This document shows positions 63,809 to 64,000 of a stretch of DNA of 64,000 nucleotides, piece after piece. The DNA is taken from assembly GCA_035084275.1 (NCBI GenBank), contig CM068746.1, positions 14,632,001-14,696,000 of the forward strand, read 5' to 3'. Origin of the DNA: Hydrolagus colliei (lineage: Eukaryota). Position 1 is the stretch's first letter; each line of letters begins with the position of its first letter. The position numbers and the translations under genes were made by a program. The notes below the pieces were generated by a model. That model was given only the letters and a program-made list of their open reading frames with translations, did no database searches and was not told the origin of the DNA.

Positions 63809-64000
63809 TACTGTGTACAATTCTGGTCACCACACTTTAGGAAGGATATTAAGGCATTGGAAAGGTTGCAGAGGAGATTTACTAGGATGGTACCAGGAAT
63901 GAAGGACTTCAGCTATGAGGAAAGGCTAGATCGGCTGGGCTTATTCTCTCTAGAACAAAGAAGATTGAGAGGAGACCTGATAGGGGTTTATAAGATTATG

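Larger units (their letters stand above)
62276..64000 (+). mobile_element. CR1 LINE with RT domain (ORF 62406-63017), interrupted by a MITE, runs off the window
   Basis: VDVVYMDFQKAFDKVPHERL, PQGSVLGPLLFLIYINDL, SKFADDTKL, WQMKFNTEKC; same family as 29321-30690. Confidence 0.96.

Noticed and set aside
63286-63833. Ser/Leu-rich ORFs
   Set aside because: Translation of a GA microsatellite

Overview
AT-rich, CpG-depleted vertebrate non-coding DNA (intronic or intergenic), dominated by transposon relics. The repeat set (tRNA-head SINEs with CORE-like and Deu-like domains and an L2-type tail, SacSINE1-like DeuSINE relics, L2 and CR1 LINE fragments, a Penelope-like GIY-YIG relic) points to a cartilaginous fish, probably a chimaera; this is an inference from recalled consensus motifs, not a database result. 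I recognise no host protein-coding gene, and every ORF with recognisable protein motifs is retroelement-derived. Main structures: (1) an apparently exact 3,274-bp tandem duplication (11643-14916 / 14917-18190); (2) a co-varying 3' stem-loop shared by two L2 subfamilies and the SINE; (3) decayed minimal hammerhead-ribozyme motifs in Penelope terminal repeats; (4) a twice-occurring double-tailed inverted SINE chimera; (5) several nested insertions with target-site duplications (TSDs); (6) a Tigger-like MITE in a CR1; (7) a few strong hairpins and weak exon/enhancer candidates. I found no convincing new multi-gene system. Boundaries of old repeats are approximate (about 10-20 bp).
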